Shown here: piece by piece, positions 29,133 through 32,000 of the stretch
How positions within the stretch are numbered: the first letter of the stretch is position 1
How the letters are laid out: every line of letters begins with the position of its first letter
NCBI RefSeq assembly: GCF_014396165.1
Contig: NZ_CP060715.1
Coordinates: forward strand, 720,001 to 752,000
Direction: 5' to 3'
Source: Erysipelothrix inopinata
GTDB taxonomy: Bacteria > Bacillota_I > Bacilli_A > Erysipelotrichales > Erysipelotrichaceae
Length of the DNA: 32,000 bases
Notes under the pieces: generated by a model
Told to the model about the DNA's origin: nothing
Database searches by the model: none
Seen by the model: the letters and a program-made list of their open reading frames with translations, nothing else
Translations under genes and position numbers: made by a program

Positions 29133-29244
29133 CAAATGTATTATGTTAGTTTACTTATTAGGTGAAAACCGATAAAATAGTACTATCAATACATTCATTT
29201 ACATATTTAGTTATATAAAAGAAGAGTGGAGACACTCTTTTATT

Positions 29245-30660
29245 ATGGATATGATGTTAGAAACGGTAGAAAATATGAAATTTGAAGATTTAAAAATTAA
29301 TGAGGAGCTACTAAGAGCCTTGAAGGAACAAGGTTATGAAGCCCCTACACCAATCCAAGAAGGAGCAATTCCTGCTGTTCTTGATGGTAGAGATGTCTTA
29401 GGATTAGCACAAACGGGTACGGGGAAAACTGCTGCCTTTGCAGTCCCAACGCTACAGATATTGGCACAAAATCCAAACCAAGCAAAGAAACGTAAAATTC
29501 GTGCATTGGTCCTAACACCTACGCGTGAACTTGGAACACAAATATACGAAAGTTATCGTGACTATGGGAAGCATTTACCGCTGACAACGACAGTTATCTT
29601 CGGTGGTGTTAACCAAGGGAAACAAGTTACCGCACTTCGTGCTGGTGTGGATGTATTAGTTGCTACACCGGGACGCTTGATTGATTTAATGAATCAAGGT
29701 CATGTAGATATATCTAAGATTGAAATATTCATTTTAGATGAAGCCGATCGTATGTTAGATATGGGATTCATTCATGATATTAAAAGAATCATGAAAATCG
29801 TTCCTCGTAAAAAACAAACATTGTTATTCTCTGCAACGATGCCAAAGGAAATTGAAGAGATCGTAAGCGAACTTCTTTACAATCCTGTGAAAGTATCCGT
29901 AACTCCGGTATCATCAACAGTTGATACCGTCAAGCAGACAGTACAATTTGTAGATCAAAAAAATAAAATAAACTTGCTCTCAAGATTCTTGAAGGAGAAT
30001 CCTGGGTCATCAGTATTAGTGTTTACACGAACAAAACGTGGTGCTGACCGTGTCGTGAAAGATTTACAACGACGTCAAATATCAGCACTTGCCATTCATG
30101 GAAATAAATCGCAGAATGCACGCCAACGCGCCTTGAGTAGTTTTGAGGATTATGAAATTCAAGTACTTGTCGCAACAGATATCGCATCGCGTGGAATTGA
30201 CATTAATGAATTGGGTTATGTTGTGAACTATGACATGCCAGATGTTCCTGAAACTTATGTTCACCGAATCGGTCGTACCGGTAGAGCAGGGCATGAAGGA
30301 CACTCCATTTCATATGTTAACTATCAAGAAATTGAATTGTTGGAAGATATCGAGAAGTTAATTGGTAAAAACATAGAGGTTATCGACAATCCAGACTTCC
30401 CTCTAGTAGATAAAACGGAAAAAGTAAATAAGAGTAAAGCAAATCGCCACAAGAAGAAACAAGAATCAATTCAAACGAAATCGGACAGAAACGATTCAAA
30501 GACAAAAGACAATCGCCATAGAAAAAATAGACAAAAGAGTGAACCATGGCGTAAGTCAGAAGGAAAGAAATCAAATAATAAAAAATCTGGGGATAAAAAA
30601 CCAGGCAATCGTACACAAAAAGCAAAACGAGAAGCGAATAAGAGAAAACGCAAGGGGTAG
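29245..30660 (+). CDS. DEAD-box ATP-dependent RNA helicase with a K/R-rich C-terminal tail
   Basis: Q motif PTPIQ, motif I AQTGTGKT, PTRELGTQ, DEAD (ILDEADRM), SAT and HRIGRTGRAG. The start is ambiguous; the ATG at 29275 (MKFEDLKINEELL) is equally plausible. Confidence 0.9.
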   Translation: MDMMLETVENMKFEDLKINEELLRALKEQGYEAPTPIQEGAIPAVLDGRDVLGLAQTGTGKTAAFAVPTLQILAQNPNQAKKRKIRALVLTPTRELGTQIYESYRDYGKHLPLTTTVIFGGVNQGKQVTALRAGVDVLVATPGRLIDLMNQGHVDISKIEIFILDEADRMLDMGFIHDIKRIMKIVPRKKQTLLFSATMPKEIEEIVSELLYNPVKVSVTPVSSTVDTVKQTVQFVDQKNKINLLSRFLKENPGSSVLVFTRTKRGADRVVKDLQRRQISALAIHGNKSQNARQRALSSFEDYEIQVLVATDIASRGIDINELGYVVNYDMPDVPETYVHRIGRTGRAGHEGHSISYVNYQEIELLEDIEKLIGKNIEVIDNPDFPLVDKTEKVNKSKANRHKKKQESIQTKSDRNDSKTKDNRHRKNRQKSEPWRKSEGKKSNNKKSGDKKPGNRTQKAKREANKRKRKG

Positions 30661-30663
30661 GTC

Positions 30664-30867
30664 ATGGATCCAAAACAACGAAAAAATATTAAACCAGGAC
30701 TTCATGTTCTTGTAGTACAGAAACAAGATCAACGTACCGGTGTTACTACTGAAGGTTATGTTGATAGACTGCTTACAAATTCACAGTATCATCCCCATGG
30801 AATTAAGGTAATGTTACAAAGTGGAATCGTAGGACGTGTTTGTGAAATCTTAGATGATCACAATTAG
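30664..30867 (+). CDS. ywbE: YwbE-family small protein (DUF2196)
   Basis: LTNSQYHPHGIKVMLQSGIVGRV is the YwbE signature as I recall it. It starts 3 nt after the helicase stop. Confidence 0.7.
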   Translation: MDPKQRKNIKPGLHVLVVQKQDQRTGVTTEGYVDRLLTNSQYHPHGIKVMLQSGIVGRVCEILDDHN

Positions 30868-30884
30868 GGAAGAGAGAAATAAAT

Positions 30885-32000
30885 ATGAGTACAGTAACAA
30901 AGAATGAAAAATTAGAATTAGAATTTATTGATTTAACGTTTAAAGGAATGGGTGTTGCGAAAGTTGATGGTTTTCCTGTTTTTGTAGAGGGTGTCTTACC
31001 AGGGGAAAAAGCTGTCGTTAAAATCGATCGAGTTACAAGCCGTTACGCATTTGGAGAACTTGTTGAACTTAAATCACGTTCTTCTGAACGTGTTGAAGTA
31101 AAAGCAAAACATCAATCACTTACGAGCATTGCTCCATTACAACATATTTCATATGAAAAACAACTTGAATTTAAAACTAAACTTGTGAAAGATGCACTAT
31201 CAAAAGAAGGATTTACAGATGTTGAAGTACGTGAAACCATGGCATCACCACTTGATTGGCATTATCGTAATAAGACAGTAATTCCTGTACGAAGTATCGA
31301 TAAGAAAATGGTTACGGGCATTCTTGATAGAAAAACGCGTCACCTTGTTCCTGTTGATAACTTTAAGATGAACAATGAAGGTATCGATGAAATTGTCACA
31401 AAGGTTAAAGATATCCTTGTTGAATTTAATGAGAAACCTTATGATCAACGTACGCATACTGGAAACATTCGTCATATTATTGTACGTAAGGGATTTTACA
31501 CTGATGAAGTCATGATTACAATTGTGACACGTTCAAAGAGCCTTTTCCCAGTTTCAAAAATTGTACCTGCAATTATTGATGCAATTCCAAATACTGTAAG
31601 CATTATTCATAATGTTAATGGCGCGAAAACAGCACAAGTTATGGGTGATTTATCCGAAGTCATTTATGGAGAGTCCTTTATCGTTGAACGCATTTTAGAT
31701 GAATCATTCCTTGTTCCATCCACATCTTTCTTGCGTGCAAATACGCTTCAATCAGAAGCTATGATTAATACTATTTTCGGGTTGTTGAATCTGGAAGGTA
31801 ACGAATCAGTTGTTGATGTTAATTCAAGCGTTGGAATCCTTTCAATTCTCATGGCTGATAAAGTTAAACGAATTGTTGGTATCGATGTTGTGGATGATAA
31901 TGTCGAAATTGCTGAAGTTAATGCGGAAAATAATGGCGTTTCAAACGTTAAGTTTGTCCAAGGACATCCTGGAAATGTGAATGAGTTGATTGAATTTTCG
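30885..32000 (+). CDS. RumA/RlmCD-family paralogue 3, 3'-truncated by the window end, with degenerate SAM-binding and substrate motifs
   Basis: This is my own translation from the ATG at 30885 (SD AGGGAAGAGAG); it is open for 372 codons to the window end and is absent from the ORF track. The TRAM domain is GMGVAKVDGFPVFVEGVLPGE and HYRNK is present. However, it has FLRAN instead of FFQxN, and VDVNSSVGILSI instead of D.(Y/F)CG.G. Confidence 0.8.
   Translation, partial: MSTVTKNEKLELEFIDLTFKGMGVAKVDGFPVFVEGVLPGEKAVVKIDRVTSRYAFGELVELKSRSSERVEVKAKHQSLTSIAPLQHISYEKQLEFKTKLVKDALSKEGFTDVEVRETMASPLDWHYRNKTVIPVRSIDKKMVTGILDRKTRHLVPVDNFKMNNEGIDEIVTKVKDILVEFNEKPYDQRTHTGNIRHIIVRKGFYTDEVMITIVTRSKSLFPVSKIVPAIIDAIPNTVSIIHNVNGAKTAQVMGDLSEVIYGESFIVERILDESFLVPSTSFLRANTLQSEAMINTIFGLLNLEGNESVVDVNSSVGILSILMADKVKRIVGIDVVDDNVEIAEVNAENNGVSNVKFVQGHPGNVNELIEFS

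Noticed and set aside
20188-29142. An integrated prophage or ICE.
   Set aside because: No integrase/recombinase, relaxase, capsid, terminase or conjugation genes are present, and no att repeats were found. Only an IS and gene fragments are present, so the region is called an accessory island rather than a defined mobile element.

Overview
This window is chromosomal DNA from a low-GC Gram-positive bacterium. By eye, the 16S sequence resembles Erysipelotrichia (possibly Erysipelothrix); this was not checked against a database.

Layout:
- 1-8400: two same-strand rRNA operons. The first is cut by the window start and the second is a complete 16S-23S-5S unit. They bracket three genes: an aldo/keto reductase and a SatD-like/DUF3307 pair.
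- 8.4-18.2 kb: ordinary + strand housekeeping genes. These are a GNAT, MgtC, two tandem inositol-monophosphatase paralogues, HAD phosphatases, a DsbA-like protein, a large membrane-anchored protein, an EEP nuclease/phosphatase, a TetR/membrane-protein divergon and tpx.
- 18.3-32 kb: accessory-looking. It holds three TRAM/m5U RumA(RlmCD)-family methyltransferase paralogues.
  - The first paralogue is overlapped by a stand-alone HNH nuclease gene.
  - An AT-rich ~4.9 kb block sits between the first and second. It carries an orphan 1123-aa NACHT/STAND-like P-loop NTPase and small unknown ORFs, one of them split by an in-frame TGA.
  - After the second come a truncated SWIM-type gene fragment, a GNAT and an intact ISLre2-family IS.
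  - A DEAD-box helicase and ywbE precede the third paralogue, whose SAM-binding motif looks degenerate.

The best candidate for an undescribed system is the STAND NTPase island at 20188-25135. The HNH-methyltransferase overlap is a second, weaker candidate. No CRISPR array, tRNA, integrase or prophage genes were seen. All family calls come from motif recognition in the translated ORFs; no searches were run.
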